DNA of 64,000 nt from an uncultured Prevotellaceae bacterium (GCA_945865175.1 CAMBDA010000015.1:3082-67081), one strand, 5' to 3'. Positions 1-10,023 are shown, numbered from the stretch's first letter. A program made the numbers and translations. The notes: generated from the sequence alone by a model not told the origin.

Positions 1-58
1 CGAGGGCTTTCTTTGTGAAGGCCTCGCCTACAACTTGAAATCGCAGTGTACTAGACAT
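1..58 (-). CDS. 5' end (19 codons, MSSTLRFQVVGEAFTKKAL) of a gene that continues past the left edge. The N-terminus is reminiscent of Bacteroides type III glutamine synthetase, but 19 residues cannot verify that.
   Basis: Minus-strand ATG at 56-58, 64 nt downstream of the dapL stop. The frame stays open to the window edge. Confidence 0.3.
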   Translation of the reverse strand, partial: MSSTLRFQVVGEAFTKKAL

Positions 59-122
59 AATCTTTTGGTTTTTTATTATGTTGATGACTATTGTTGTCTG
101 TTTTACGGGGGGCGGACGGAGG

Positions 123-1355
123 TCAGCCCAGCCATTGGGTGAGGCGGTCCATGGCCTCGATGCAGTCTTCACGCGTGCCGAAGGCCGTGAGGCGGAAATA
201 GCCTTCGCCGGCAGGGCCGAAGCCTACGCCCGGTGTGCCCACGATGTGCGGGCCGTGGAGCAGCTGGTCGAAAAACTGCCAGCTGGTGGTGCCGGAGGGT
301 GTCTTGAGCCAGATGTAGGGGGCGTTCTCTCCTCCGTACACCTTGAGCCCCACCTTTGTCAGGGCCTGGCGCATGATGCGGGCGTTCTCCATATAGTAGG
401 CTATCGTTTCCTGTATCTGTGCCTTGCCTTCGGGGGTGTAGGTGGCTTCGGCGGCCCGCTGCTGGATGTAGCCCGTGCCGTTGAACTTGGTGCACTGGCG
501 GCGGTTCCACAGGGCGCCCAGCTCCACGCGTTCGCCCGTGACGGTGGTGGCGGTGAGCTCGCGCGGCACGATGGTGTAGCCGCATCGCACGCCGGTGAAT
601 CCGGCCGTCTTGCTGTAGCTGTGAAACTCGATGGCGCACCGCTTGGCTCCCTTTATCTCATAGATGGAGTGGGGGATGTCCTTGTCCTGGATATAGGCCT
701 CGTAGGCGGCGTCGTACATGATGATGCTGTCGCTCTTGAGCGCATAGTCGACCCATTTCTTCAGCTCGGCGCGTGTGATGACCGTGCCTGTGGGGTTGTT
801 GGGATAGCACAGGTAGATGACGTCCACCTTCTGGTCGGGCAGGGCGGGGACAAAGTTGTTCTCCGCGTTGCAGGGCGTGTAGATGATGTTGGACCACACG
901 CCGCCCGGGGTGAGGTTGCCTGCGCGGCCGCACATGGCGTTGGAGTCCACGTAGACGGGATAGATGGGGTCGGTCATGCAGATGCTGTTGTCGAGCCCCA
1001 GGATGTCGCCGATGTTTCCGGTGTCGCTTTTCGCACCGTCGTTGACAAACACCTCTTTGGGGTCGAGGTGGATGCCCCGGGGGGCGAAGTCGTTCTTGAT
1101 GATGGCTTCCCGCAGGAAGTCGTAGCCTGCTTCAGGGCCGTAACCGCGGAAGGTGGATGTCCGGGACATTTCGTCGACAGCCTTGTGCATGGCCTCGATG
1201 ACGGCCGGGGCCAGCGGGCGTGTGACGTCGCCGATGCCCAGACTGATGACGCGGGCCGTGGGGTGGGACACCTTGAAGGCGTTCACCTTCTTGGCAATGT
1301 CGCTGAAGAGGTAGCTGACCGGCAGCTTCAGGAAGTTTTCGTTTACAAGTGCCAT
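123..1355 (-). CDS. dapL: LL-diaminopimelate aminotransferase
   Basis: 410-aa ORF (MALVNENFLKLPVSYLFSDIAKK...). Class I/II aminotransferase with PLP-lysine context SYSKTAGFTGVR. Lies directly downstream of dapF. Confidence 0.9.
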   Translation of the reverse strand: MALVNENFLKLPVSYLFSDIAKKVNAFKVSHPTARVISLGIGDVTRPLAPAVIEAMHKAVDEMSRTSTFRGYGPEAGYDFLREAIIKNDFAPRGIHLDPKEVFVNDGAKSDTGNIGDILGLDNSICMTDPIYPVYVDSNAMCGRAGNLTPGGVWSNIIYTPCNAENNFVPALPDQKVDVIYLCYPNNPTGTVITRAELKKWVDYALKSDSIIMYDAAYEAYIQDKDIPHSIYEIKGAKRCAIEFHSYSKTAGFTGVRCGYTIVPRELTATTVTGERVELGALWNRRQCTKFNGTGYIQQRAAEATYTPEGKAQIQETIAYYMENARIMRQALTKVGLKVYGGENAPYIWLKTPSGTTSWQFFDQLLHGPHIVGTPGVGFGPAGEGYFRLTAFGTREDCIEAMDRLTQWLG

Positions 1356-1391
1356 TGTCTGTTGGGGATATAATATATGTATGGTTGTTTC

Positions 1392-2237
1392 CTATAGTTC
1401 GATTTCGCCTTCGAATACCGTGGTGGCGGGCCCTGTCATGTAGACACAGCCGTCGCCCTGGCACCAGCGGACGTGGAGGGTGCCGCCGTCCATCTGGATG
1501 GTGCTTTCGCGCGTGGCCAGTCCGTTCAGATAGGCGGCCACGGCTGTGGCGCACGCTCCTGTGCCGCAGGCCATGGTGATGCCGCTGCCGCGCTCCCACA
1601 CTCTCATGCGGATGGTGCCGTCGGGGCGGATGGTGGCAAACTCGATGTTGCACCGTTCGGGAAAGACGGGGTCGTTCTCCAGCACAGGGCCTTCCTTGGC
1701 CAGGTCGATACGCATCACATCGGGCACGAAGACCACGAAATGGGGGTTGCCCATGCACACGTAGGTGCCTTCCCTGCCTGCCACCTTGCCGGCCTTCATG
1801 CTGCCGTCGGCGGTGGCCAGCTGACGGCGGTTGGCCAGTATGGGGGCGCCCATGTTGACGGTGGCCTCCTTCACCTTGTCGCCGTCGTCCACGAGCAGGT
1901 CAATCACCTTGATGCCGCTGAGCGTGTCGATGGCCACGGTGGTGCGGTCGGTGAGCCGGTGGTCGTAGACGTATTTTCCCACGCACCGCACCCCGTTGCC
2001 GCACATCATGGCCTCGCTGCCGTCGTTGTTGAAGATGCGCATGCTGAAGTCTGCTTCAGGGATGGGGCTGGGGGAGATGAGTATGAGTCCGTCGCTGCCG
2101 ATTCCGAAGTGGGGCCGGCTCCATTCGATGCTGGTCCTGGAGGGGTCGGGGATTTCCCCGTTGGGGGTGTACACATAGATGTAGTCGTTGCCTGCACCCT
2201 GCATTTTGGTGAATGGTATCTTTCTTTTTTGTGCCAT
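1392..2237 (-). CDS. dapF: Diaminopimelate epimerase
   Basis: 281-aa ORF with FTKMQGAGNDY and the two catalytic-Cys contexts MCGNGVRC and ACGTGACA. Confidence 0.9.
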   Translation of the reverse strand: MAQKRKIPFTKMQGAGNDYIYVYTPNGEIPDPSRTSIEWSRPHFGIGSDGLILISPSPIPEADFSMRIFNNDGSEAMMCGNGVRCVGKYVYDHRLTDRTTVAIDTLSGIKVIDLLVDDGDKVKEATVNMGAPILANRRQLATADGSMKAGKVAGREGTYVCMGNPHFVVFVPDVMRIDLAKEGPVLENDPVFPERCNIEFATIRPDGTIRMRVWERGSGITMACGTGACATAVAAYLNGLATRESTIQMDGGTLHVRWCQGDGCVYMTGPATTVFEGEIEL

Positions 2238-2264
2238 ATTTATCCTTTTGCCTTAAATTCGGTG

Positions 2265-2272
2265 CAAAGGTA
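2265..2272 (-). promoter_or_regulatory. -7 promoter box for dapF-dapL
   Basis: Minus-strand TACCTTTG matches the Bacteroidota TAnnTTTG consensus, ~27 nt upstream of the dapF ATG. Confidence 0.5.
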
Positions 2273-2385
2273 TAACAATTTGTCCATATATTATAATATT
2301 TTGGTGACTTTTTTACATAAAAACAGGAAAAATGCTTGCTTTGTGGCATTTTGTTGGCATAAAACCGTGCTTTGCTTCCGTTTTG

Positions 2386-3660
2386 TCAGTCATCGGTGAG
2401 GTTTTCGTCGATTTGCTTCTTGGGGGTCACGCCCAGCTGTTTGAGGCTTTCCAGCCGCCTCACGATGTTGCCGCGTCCGGCGCTGAGTGTGTTCAGTGCA
2501 TCGTCGGCATGGGTGCGCAGGCCGTCGATGTCCTGCCGGATGCGGTTGAACTTTTCGCAGAATACGGCAAACTTGTCGTAGAGTTCTGCGGCCTGCTTCA
2601 TCACGCGCTCGGTGTTCTTGTTCTGCCTCTCGGTCTGCCACAGGTTGTAGATCATCTGCAGCGAGAGCATGAGGTTGGTGGGGTTGATGAGGATGATGTG
2701 CTTGCGGTAGGCATACTGGCCTATCTGGGGGTCGGTGCGGAGGGCCAGGATGTAGCTTCCCTCGTTGGGGATGAACATGAGCACCTGGGGCAGCGCGCCT
2801 GCCACCAGCTGGTCGTAGTGCTTGCGTTCGAGCTCGTCGATGTGGGTGCGGATGCTCCTGAGGTTGTCCTTCTTGGCGGCTTCCGCCTCTTCGGGCGTGT
2901 GGGCGGCATTGTAGTTGAGATAGGCCGTGAGGCTCACCTTGCTGTCGATGATGATGTTCCGTCCGCCGGGGCAGTGGACAATCACGTCGGGGCGCAGGTT
3001 GTTCCCCTCGTTGTCTTTCACGCTGGCTTGTGTTTCGAATTCTTCGCCGGGCCTGAGTCCGCTGCCTTCCAGGATGCTCGCCAGCAGCTGTTCGCCCCAG
3101 TCGCCCTGCATCTTCCCGCCCGCCTGGAGGGCGCGTGTGAGGTCGGCTGTCTTCTGGGCCATGTCGTGGGCAAAGAGGCTGAGGCTCTCTATGGTCTTGT
3201 CGAGGGTGGCGTGCTGCGATGCGCTGCTCATGCGGGCGTTCACCATGCTCTGCTGCATCTTCTGCAGGTCTTCGCGCACGGGGCGCACCATGGCCGTGAG
3301 GGTTTCCCGGTTGGCCTTGTCCAGTTCGTCCTGCCGTTTGCGCAGCACTTCCTCGGAGAGGCTCACGAAACGGTGCTCCATCTGTGCCATCGCTTCCTTG
3401 CAGGAGGCTTCCGTCCTTGCCTGCAGCTCCTTGGCGGCCTGTGCCTCGTAGCGGCATCGGCCGGCCTCCATCTCCAGTGTCTTCAGCTGTTGCCCGTACG
3501 TGTCGTGCACCTGCCGGAGCTGTTTGTCGTGGTCCATGCGGAGCGTCATTTCCTGCCTGTCCCGCTTGTTCTTGTAGGCCAGTGCCAGGGCCAGTGCGCC
3601 CAGGCAGCAGGGAATGGCGCCCATGAGGAAGGGGGTGAGCATGAATGCGGATGTGTCCAT
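2386..3660 (-). CDS. rmuC: DNA recombination protein RmuC
   Basis: The track ORF (575 aa) has an Arg/Pro-rich N-terminal extension that overlaps aguB. I trimmed the start to the ATG at 3660 (MDTSAFMLTPFLMG...). The protein has a TM helix, a coiled coil, then an RmuC-type C-terminal domain. Confidence 0.85.
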   Translation of the reverse strand: MDTSAFMLTPFLMGAIPCCLGALALALAYKNKRDRQEMTLRMDHDKQLRQVHDTYGQQLKTLEMEAGRCRYEAQAAKELQARTEASCKEAMAQMEHRFVSLSEEVLRKRQDELDKANRETLTAMVRPVREDLQKMQQSMVNARMSSASQHATLDKTIESLSLFAHDMAQKTADLTRALQAGGKMQGDWGEQLLASILEGSGLRPGEEFETQASVKDNEGNNLRPDVIVHCPGGRNIIIDSKVSLTAYLNYNAAHTPEEAEAAKKDNLRSIRTHIDELERKHYDQLVAGALPQVLMFIPNEGSYILALRTDPQIGQYAYRKHIILINPTNLMLSLQMIYNLWQTERQNKNTERVMKQAAELYDKFAVFCEKFNRIRQDIDGLRTHADDALNTLSAGRGNIVRRLESLKQLGVTPKKQIDENLTDD

Positions 3661-3683
3661 ATCGTGCTTGTGCTTAAGGGGGG

Positions 3684-4559
3684 CTAGTCGATGAACCGCC
3701 GGGTGAGCGGGCCGAATTCCTCTATGCGGCGGTCGCGCAGGAAGGGCCACCAGCGCCGCACCTTCTCGCACCGTTGCATGTCGATGTCCACGAGCAGGTT
3801 CTCCTCCTTGCTGGCCGAGGCGCGGCACAGCAGTTCGCCCTGGGGGCCTGCCGCAAAGCTGCTGCCCCAGAACTGGATGCCGTGGGTCTGTCCGCTGGGG
3901 TCGGGCTCGTGCCCCACACGGTTGGCGGCAATCACGGGCAGGCCGTTGGCTATCGCGTGGCCGCGTTGTACGGTCATCCATGCTTCCTGCTGCCGCTGTT
4001 GCTCCTCGGGGGTGTCGGTGCTTTCGAAGCCGATGGCTGTGGGGTAGATGAGCATCTCGGCCCCTTGCAGGGCCATCAGGCGTGCGCCTTCGGGGTACCA
4101 CTGGTCCCAGCACACCTGCACGCCCAGTTTGCCCACACTGGTGGCGATGGGGCGGAAGCCCAGGTCGCCGGGCGTGAAATAGAATTTCTCGTAGTAGGCC
4201 GGGTCGTCGGGGATGTGCATCTTGCGGTGGCGTCCGGCGATTTCGCCGTCCCGGTCAATCACCACGGCCGTGTTGTGGTAGAGGCCTGCGCTCCTTTTTT
4301 CGAACAGGCTTGTCACCAGCACCACGCCCAGTTTCCTGGCCAGCCGGCCGAAGCGTTGCGTGCTGGGCCCGGGGATGGTTTCTGCCAGGTCGAAGAGGTC
4401 GGGGTTTTCGGTCTGGCAGAAGTAGGGGGTGTTGTGGAGTTCCTGCAGTATCACCAGCTGTGCGCCGTCGGCGGCCAGCCGGCTGATGTTGTGTTCCAGT
4501 TTCTGCAGATTTTCGCCGATGTTGTCCGAACAGGACTGTTGTACGATTCCGATTTTCAT
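3684..4559 (-). CDS. aguB: N-carbamoylputrescine amidase (carbon-nitrogen hydrolase)
   Basis: Start trimmed to MKIGIVQQSCSD. Nitrilase-superfamily protein with catalytic Cys context VCWDQWYPE, adjacent to aguA. Confidence 0.85.
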   Translation of the reverse strand: MKIGIVQQSCSDNIGENLQKLEHNISRLAADGAQLVILQELHNTPYFCQTENPDLFDLAETIPGPSTQRFGRLARKLGVVLVTSLFEKRSAGLYHNTAVVIDRDGEIAGRHRKMHIPDDPAYYEKFYFTPGDLGFRPIATSVGKLGVQVCWDQWYPEGARLMALQGAEMLIYPTAIGFESTDTPEEQQRQQEAWMTVQRGHAIANGLPVIAANRVGHEPDPSGQTHGIQFWGSSFAAGPQGELLCRASASKEENLLVDIDMQRCEKVRRWWPFLRDRRIEEFGPLTRRFID

Positions 4560-4603
4560 TTGTGTATGGTCCTTTCTTTTTTTTCTTTTGTTGATGTGCT
4601 GTG

Positions 4604-5755
4604 CTATTGCTTTTCTTGCGGTTCCTGGCCGATGACACCCAGGGGGAACTGCATGGTGCAGCAGTGGAGGCTTCCGTGCTGGATGATGAGCGGCTGGCAG
4701 TCGATGCCGATGATCTCGTGCCTGGGGAAGGCGTGCTGCAGCTGCTGCCGTGCCTGTGTGTCGAGTGCGGGCTGGCCGTAGGTGGGCATCAGCACGGCAC
4801 CGTTGATGACAAGGAAGTTTGCATAGGTGGCCGGCAGACGGTTGCCCTCGTCGTCGAAGGCCGGTGCTGCCATGGGGAGCGGAAGCAGGCGGTAGGGCCG
4901 GCCTTCCTCGGTGCGCAGCCCGGCCAGCTGCTCCTGCATGAGCTGCAGCTCTGTGTAGTGCTCGTCGGAGGGGTCGGTACACTGGACGTAGGCGATGGTG
5001 TCGCCCGGGCACAGGCGGGCAAGGGTGTCGATGTGGCTGTCCGTGTCGTCGCCTGCCAGGTATCCGTGGTCGAGCCACAGCACGCGTTTGGCATGGAGCA
5101 CCTGTTTCAGCCGCTGTTCGATGTCGGCCTTTCCCATGGGTTGGTTGCGGTGGGGGGCCAGCAGGCATTGGCTGGTGGTGAGGAGGGTGCCTCTGCCGTC
5201 GCTCTCGATGCTTCCTCCCTCCAGCACAAAGTCAGTCTGGTCCACATAGGTGCCGTGGAGGGCGTGCAGGGCCATCATGCGCCGGCATATCTGGTTGTCG
5301 AGCGCGGCCTCGAACTTTTCTCCCCATCCGTTGAACTTGAAGTCCACCAGCTGCGGACCCTGTGGGCCGGCCAGCGTGATGAAGCCATGGTCGCGCGCCC
5401 ACGTGTCGTTGGTGGGTATTTCCAGGATGGAAATCTGCCGGAGCGCCTGGCCGGGCAGCTGCTCGCGAAGCAGGCCCCACAGCGCATCGGCCTGTGGCGA
5501 CACGATGACGAGCCTTTCCCTGAGGGCTATCTCCATGGCCATGCGCAGGTAGCATCGGGTCACCTGGGGGAGGATGGGTGCCCAGTCGGTGTGGGCATGC
5601 GGCCATGTGAGCTGTATGCCACTCTGGGGTGCCCACTCGGCAGGCAGATGAGGCTGTTGTATGCTGTAGTGCTCAGGGTCGAGCGGGGTTTCGAGTTTCA
5701 GCTCCAGCGTAAGCCCGTTGTCGGAGAGCGTGGGGATGGTAGAATGTAGTGCCAT
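4604..5755 (-). CDS. aguA: Agmatine deiminase
   Basis: Start trimmed to MALHSTIPTL. PAD_porph family with C-terminal catalytic motif GSLHCCTMQ. Confidence 0.85.
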   Translation of the reverse strand: MALHSTIPTLSDNGLTLELKLETPLDPEHYSIQQPHLPAEWAPQSGIQLTWPHAHTDWAPILPQVTRCYLRMAMEIALRERLVIVSPQADALWGLLREQLPGQALRQISILEIPTNDTWARDHGFITLAGPQGPQLVDFKFNGWGEKFEAALDNQICRRMMALHALHGTYVDQTDFVLEGGSIESDGRGTLLTTSQCLLAPHRNQPMGKADIEQRLKQVLHAKRVLWLDHGYLAGDDTDSHIDTLARLCPGDTIAYVQCTDPSDEHYTELQLMQEQLAGLRTEEGRPYRLLPLPMAAPAFDDEGNRLPATYANFLVINGAVLMPTYGQPALDTQARQQLQHAFPRHEIIGIDCQPLIIQHGSLHCCTMQFPLGVIGQEPQEKQ

Positions 5756-5961
5756 ATTGTGGTGGTTTGTCCTTATATATATATTAATGTATAATGTATA
5801 GCGCAGCCTGTGTGCGAACAGGCGTGCTCCGGCAGTCTGTGGAAGGCCGGAAAGCATGCAAAATGCCCGTCTGGAACCGCGGTACTGCGCAAAAGCGAGA
5901 CAAAGATACCGCTAAACCGCAAAAAAACAAAATAAATTTGGTTTTTATCGCAAAAAAGTCC

Positions 5962-5969
5962 TACCTTTG
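5962..5969 (+). promoter_or_regulatory. -7 promoter box for the Nif3-family gene
   Basis: TACCTTTG, 19 nt upstream of the ATG at 5989. Confidence 0.5.
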
Positions 5970-5988
5970 TGCCCAAATATTTCTCGAT

Positions 5989-6804
5989 ATGAGCGTGAAA
6001 CTAGAGGAAGTGACCGAAGCCCTTGAACGAATCGCGCCCTTGCCGCTGCAGGAAGGCTATGACAATGCCGGCCTGCAGATAGGATTGACAGGGACGGATA
6101 TTTCAGGGGTATTATTGTGTCTTGACGTTACTGAGGAAGTGCTTCGGGAGGCTGTCGACCTGGATTGCAACCTGGTGGTGTCGCACCACCCCTTGCTCTT
6201 TTCGGGCCTCAAGCGCGTGGGTGATGCCAGCCAGGTGGAGCGTTGTGTGAGGCTGGCCATAGAGAACGGCATAGCCGTCTATTCGGCCCACACCAATCTG
6301 GACAATGCCGAGGACGGCGTCAACTATGAGGCGGCCGAACGGCTGGGCCTGATGGACGTGGAGCTGGTGGCTCCCCGCCGCGTGACCGTGTGTATCGACG
6401 GACGCGAAACGCAGGTGCGCGCAGGCAGTGGCATTGTGGGCCATTTGGCACAGGAGGAGGACTCACTGGCCTTCCTCCAGCGTGTGAAGCAGGTGTTCCA
6501 GGTGGAGTGTCTCATGCACAACGAACTGCTCGGACGCCCAGTGCAGAGCGTGGTGTTCTGTGGCGGAGCGGGGGATTTTCTGCTGCCGGAGGCCCTGAAG
6601 ATGCAGGCCGATGCTTTCCTCACGGGCGAGATGCACTACCATCGTTTCTTCGGCCATGAGCAGGAGATACAGATAGGCGTGCTGGGACACTATCAGAGCG
6701 AGCGTTTCACCATCGACCTCCTGTGCAGGATGCTGGGCGGTGTGTTCCCCGAGCTGCCCATGTTCGTGACACAGGCAGACACCAACCCCGTGAAGTACTT
6801 GTAG
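5989..6804 (+). CDS. Nif3-like dinuclear metal centre protein (YbgI/GTP cyclohydrolase 1 type 2 family)
   Basis: Start trimmed to MSVKLEEVTEAL. Shows the typical NIF3 N-terminal region (NAGLQIG, VVSHHPLLF). Confidence 0.85.
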   Translation: MSVKLEEVTEALERIAPLPLQEGYDNAGLQIGLTGTDISGVLLCLDVTEEVLREAVDLDCNLVVSHHPLLFSGLKRVGDASQVERCVRLAIENGIAVYSAHTNLDNAEDGVNYEAAERLGLMDVELVAPRRVTVCIDGRETQVRAGSGIVGHLAQEEDSLAFLQRVKQVFQVECLMHNELLGRPVQSVVFCGGAGDFLLPEALKMQADAFLTGEMHYHRFFGHEQEIQIGVLGHYQSERFTIDLLCRMLGGVFPELPMFVTQADTNPVKYL

Positions 6805-6844
6805 GAAAAAGGATGATACAACATATAGAATATACAATAAGATT

Positions 6845-7666
6845 ATGGCAAGAGAAAAAACAAAGGACGTAGCCGAAATGTCGGTGGAGCAGAAACTCAG
6901 AAACCTCTATTCGTTACAGACAAAACTGTCTGAGATAGACCACATCCGCACGCTCCGTGGCGAGCTGCCGCTGGAGGTGCAGGACCTGGAAGACGAGATT
7001 GAGGGCCTGGCCACCCGTATAGAGAAACTCAACAAGGACATTGTCTCCCTGCAGAAGCAGATTGCGGAGCGAAAGGGGAACATAGAGGTGAACAATACCA
7101 ATATCGCACGTTTCAAGGAACAGACGGAAACGGTGCGCAACAACCGTGAGTATGACAACCTGAGCAAGCAGATAGAATATGCGGAACTCGACAACCAGCT
7201 CAACGAGAAGAAGATAAACGAGGCCAAGGCAGAGGTGGAAGCCAAAACGCACGAGGTGGCACAATGCAACCTGCTGGTGCAGGAACGCCGTACCGACCTG
7301 GACATCAAGAAGAGCGAACTGGACGAGATTATCACAGAAACCAAGGCAGAGGAGGAAAAGCTGCGCGAGGACGCCAAGAACCTCGAGTGCTGCATCGAGC
7401 CCCGACTGCTGAGCGCCTTCAAGCGCATCCGCAAGAACAGCCGCAACGGACTGGGCGTGGTGTATGTGGAGCGTGACGCCTGTGGAGGATGCTTCAACAA
7501 GATTCCGCCCCAGCGTCAGCTGGACATCCGCATGCGCAAGAAAATCATCGTGTGTGAATATTGCGGGCGCATCATGGTGGACCCTGAGCTGGCAGGCATC
7601 TCACCCACGGCCAAGGTCGAAGACAAGCCCAAGCGCAGGCGTGTAACGCGCAAGAAGGGCGAGTGA
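6845..7666 (+). CDS. Coiled-coil protein with C-terminal C4 zinc ribbon (COG1579/DUF164-type), the usual Nif3 partner
   Basis: 273 aa. Long heptad-rich region followed by CGGC...CEYCGR. Confidence 0.75.
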   Translation: MAREKTKDVAEMSVEQKLRNLYSLQTKLSEIDHIRTLRGELPLEVQDLEDEIEGLATRIEKLNKDIVSLQKQIAERKGNIEVNNTNIARFKEQTETVRNNREYDNLSKQIEYAELDNQLNEKKINEAKAEVEAKTHEVAQCNLLVQERRTDLDIKKSELDEIITETKAEEEKLREDAKNLECCIEPRLLSAFKRIRKNSRNGLGVVYVERDACGGCFNKIPPQRQLDIRMRKKIIVCEYCGRIMVDPELAGISPTAKVEDKPKRRRVTRKKGE

Positions 7667-7678
7667 CAGAGACGGGAA

Positions 7679-8152
7679 CTAGACTGTGCGGGGGGAATCC
7701 CCGCAAATCTCACTCCATAGGGGAATATCGTGCAGATAGCGGTATTCCCCTGTTTCGTAGTCGATGTGGGCGCAAACATGGCACAGGCCGTTGCTGAGCA
7801 TCAGATAGGGCACGTGCAGGGCCATGTTGTAGCGGCATATCTGGTTCATCACTTCCTGGCTGAGCGTGACGGAGGGCGCCTTCAGCTCCACTATCACCAT
7901 GGGGCGCATGTGCCGGTCGTAGCACACGCAGTCACATCTCTTTTGCATGCCTGCCAGCCGTAGGGACACCTCGGTGGCCATGCGTGCTGCCGGAAACCCC
8001 TTGTGCTCCACCAGGTAGCGGGCAAAATGCTGGCGCACCCATTCTTCGGGTGTCAGCACCACATATTTTCGGCGGAAAATGTCATATACGGTGGTCCTTT
8101 GGCCTTGTTTTCCGAATTTCAGCTCGGTTTTTGGCAGATTCAGTGCTTGCAT
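7679..8152 (-). CDS. Type I restriction enzyme HsdR N-terminal domain-containing protein (stand-alone PD-(D/E)xK-like)
   Basis: Start trimmed to MQALNLPKTEL. Contains EEWVRQHF...CDCVCYD...IVELK. Confidence 0.7.
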   Translation of the reverse strand: MQALNLPKTELKFGKQGQRTTVYDIFRRKYVVLTPEEWVRQHFARYLVEHKGFPAARMATEVSLRLAGMQKRCDCVCYDRHMRPMVIVELKAPSVTLSQEVMNQICRYNMALHVPYLMLSNGLCHVCAHIDYETGEYRYLHDIPLWSEICGDSPRTV

Positions 8153-8167
8153 TTGAAGGAAATGTGT

Positions 8168-8175
8168 TAACTTTG
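8168..8175 (+). promoter_or_regulatory. -7 promoter box for the AMP nucleosidase-holA unit
   Basis: TAACTTTG, 20 nt upstream of the ATG at 8196. Confidence 0.5.
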
Positions 8176-8195
8176 CCTGCAAATGTACGAAAAAC

Positions 8196-8972
8196 ATGAA
8201 GACGAAACAAGAAATTGTGGAAAATTGGCTTCCAAGATACACACTTCACGCGCTTGAAGACTTCGGAGACCTGATTCTGCTAACCAATTTCAACAATTAT
8301 GTGGACCTGTTCTGCGACAGGTTCGGCATTCCCCATCCATCCTATGGGGCCAATATGCGCATGGCTTCGGCCGACGGCCTCACCATTATCAATTTTGGCA
8401 TGGGAAGCCCCAATGCGGCCATCATCATGGACCTCCTGAGCGCGGTGCGTCCGCGTGGCTGCCTCTTCTTGGGCAAGTGTGGAGGCATCTCCGGAAAGAC
8501 AAGGCTCGGCGACCTGATATTGCCCATTGCGGGCATCCGGGGCGAGGGCACCAGCAACGACTATTTCCCGCCCGAGGTGCCTGCGCTTCCCGCCTTCATG
8601 CTGCAGCGGGCCGTGTCCAGTGCGGTGCGCGACATGGGGTGCGACTACTGGACGGGCACGGTGTACACCACCAACCGCAGGATATGGGAGCATGACGAGG
8701 CCTTCAAGTGCTATCTGGTGAAGACGCGCGCCATGGCAGTGGACATGGAGACAGCCACGCTCTTCACATGCGGATTTGCCAACCATATCCCCACGGGGGC
8801 CCTGCTGCTCGTGAGCGACAATCCCATGACACCGGAAGGCGTGAAGACAGCGGAGAGTGACCGCCAGGTGACTGCCGGATATGTGAGGAAGCACCTGGAA
8901 ATCGGTGTGCAGGCGCTGGAGATGATCAAGGAAGACAAGAAAACCGTAAGACACCTGAAATTCGACTATTGA
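8196..8972 (+). CDS. amn: AMP nucleosidase (short PNP_UDP_1 form)
   Basis: 258 aa. Nucleoside phosphorylase fold (GKCGG, VDMETA). Confidence 0.8.
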   Translation: MKTKQEIVENWLPRYTLHALEDFGDLILLTNFNNYVDLFCDRFGIPHPSYGANMRMASADGLTIINFGMGSPNAAIIMDLLSAVRPRGCLFLGKCGGISGKTRLGDLILPIAGIRGEGTSNDYFPPEVPALPAFMLQRAVSSAVRDMGCDYWTGTVYTTNRRIWEHDEAFKCYLVKTRAMAVDMETATLFTCGFANHIPTGALLLVSDNPMTPEGVKTAESDRQVTAGYVRKHLEIGVQALEMIKEDKKTVRHLKFDY

Positions 8973-8975
8973 AAC

Positions 8976-9995
8976 ATGGCAGCAAAGGCAAACAACTATG
9001 AGGGAATCGTGCGCGACATCAAGGCCGGGCGTTATGCCCCCGTGTATTATCTGATGGGGGACGAGGCCTATTACATCGACCGCATCAGCCAGTACATTGT
9101 GGACAGTGTGCTGCAGCCCGAGGCGCGTGATTTCAATCTGGACGTGCTCTATGCCGGTGATGTGGGCATGGATGCGATTGTCGAAAGGGCGCGCACCTAT
9201 CCCATGATGGCCGAAAACAGGGTGGTGGTGGTGCGCGAGGCCCAAGGGCTGCGCAATCTGGACTTGCTGGAGGCTTACCTGAAACAGCCTTCGCCCACCA
9301 CCTTGCTGGTGTTTTGCCACAAGAACGGCAAACTGGATGCGCGCAGGAATGTGGCCAAGGCCATTCAGCAGAAAGGCGTGCTCTTTGAAAGCCGCAAGCT
9401 CTATGACCGCGAGCTGCCGTCCTTCGTGAAGGGGTATGTGGAACGCTCCGGCGCACAGATTGAGCCCAAGGCCGTGCAGATGCTTTGTGAGCATGTGGGC
9501 AACGACCTGAACCGGCTGTCGGCCGAAATTGACAAGCTGCTCTCCGGACTTCTGGGCGAAAGGCGTGTCATCGACGCGGGGATGGTGGAGCTGCTTACGG
9601 GCGTGAGCAAGGACTTCAACAGCTTCGAGCTGGTGGGTGCCCTTGCCCGGAAGGATGTGGCTGTGGCCTTCCGCATCGTGCGCTTCTTCCAGGGCAATCC
9701 CCGGTCGTTTTCCCTGCCCCAGACGCTTTCCAATATTTTTACATTTTTTTCTGATGTAATGATGGCGTTCTATTCGCCCGACCGTTCGGGTAGGGGGCTT
9801 GCGGAGTGGCTGGGAAAGCCGGAATGGAAAATCAGTCAGGAAGTGCTCCCTGCAACCAGAAACTACAGCGGGATGAAGGTGATGCAGATTCTGGGCGAAA
9901 TCAGGCGCACAGATGGTGCCTCAAAAGGGGTAGGAGGGTGCAGAACTGCGCCGGGAGATTTGCTCCAGGAGCTTGTTTTCATCATTCTCCATTAG
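8976..9995 (+). CDS. holA: DNA polymerase III subunit delta
   Basis: 339 aa. N-terminal YAPVYYLMGDEAYYID and a C-terminal delta-type helical domain. Confidence 0.8.
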   Translation: MAAKANNYEGIVRDIKAGRYAPVYYLMGDEAYYIDRISQYIVDSVLQPEARDFNLDVLYAGDVGMDAIVERARTYPMMAENRVVVVREAQGLRNLDLLEAYLKQPSPTTLLVFCHKNGKLDARRNVAKAIQQKGVLFESRKLYDRELPSFVKGYVERSGAQIEPKAVQMLCEHVGNDLNRLSAEIDKLLSGLLGERRVIDAGMVELLTGVSKDFNSFELVGALARKDVAVAFRIVRFFQGNPRSFSLPQTLSNIFTFFSDVMMAFYSPDRSGRGLAEWLGKPEWKISQEVLPATRNYSGMKVMQILGEIRRTDGASKGVGGCRTAPGDLLQELVFIILH

Positions 9996-10023
9996 TGTTT
10001 TGCGCTAGAATCCATTTTTTGGA

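Noticed and set aside
78-1373. 431-aa plus-strand ORF, together with many similar long ORFs (e.g. 2332-3687 +, 13013-14791 -, 16819-18474 -, 39012-41024 -, 53061-55121 -, 54829-57588 -).
   Set aside because: Each lies antisense to, or out of frame with, a gene of clear function. Their translations are Gly/Ala/Val/His/Arg-rich, with no motifs. Such shadow ORFs are expected in GC-rich DNA where stop codons are rare.
3661-4113. N-terminal extensions of the tracked ORFs for rmuC (to 4113), aguB (to 5168), aguA (to 5857), DAHP synthase (to 25519), the AraC-like gene (to 59436) and others.
   Set aside because: The extensions are Arg/Pro-rich, overlap the upstream gene, and precede an internal Met where family homology and sensible N-termini begin. 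I trimmed the starts accordingly.
7679-8972. HsdR_N-domain nuclease-like protein divergent from a PNP-family nucleosidase, considered as a possible defence pair (nucleosidase effectors occur in some anti-phage systems).
   Set aside because: Both look like the conserved housekeeping versions found next to holA in Bacteroidota. Composition is genome-typical. There are no sensor, ATPase or other defence-associated partners.
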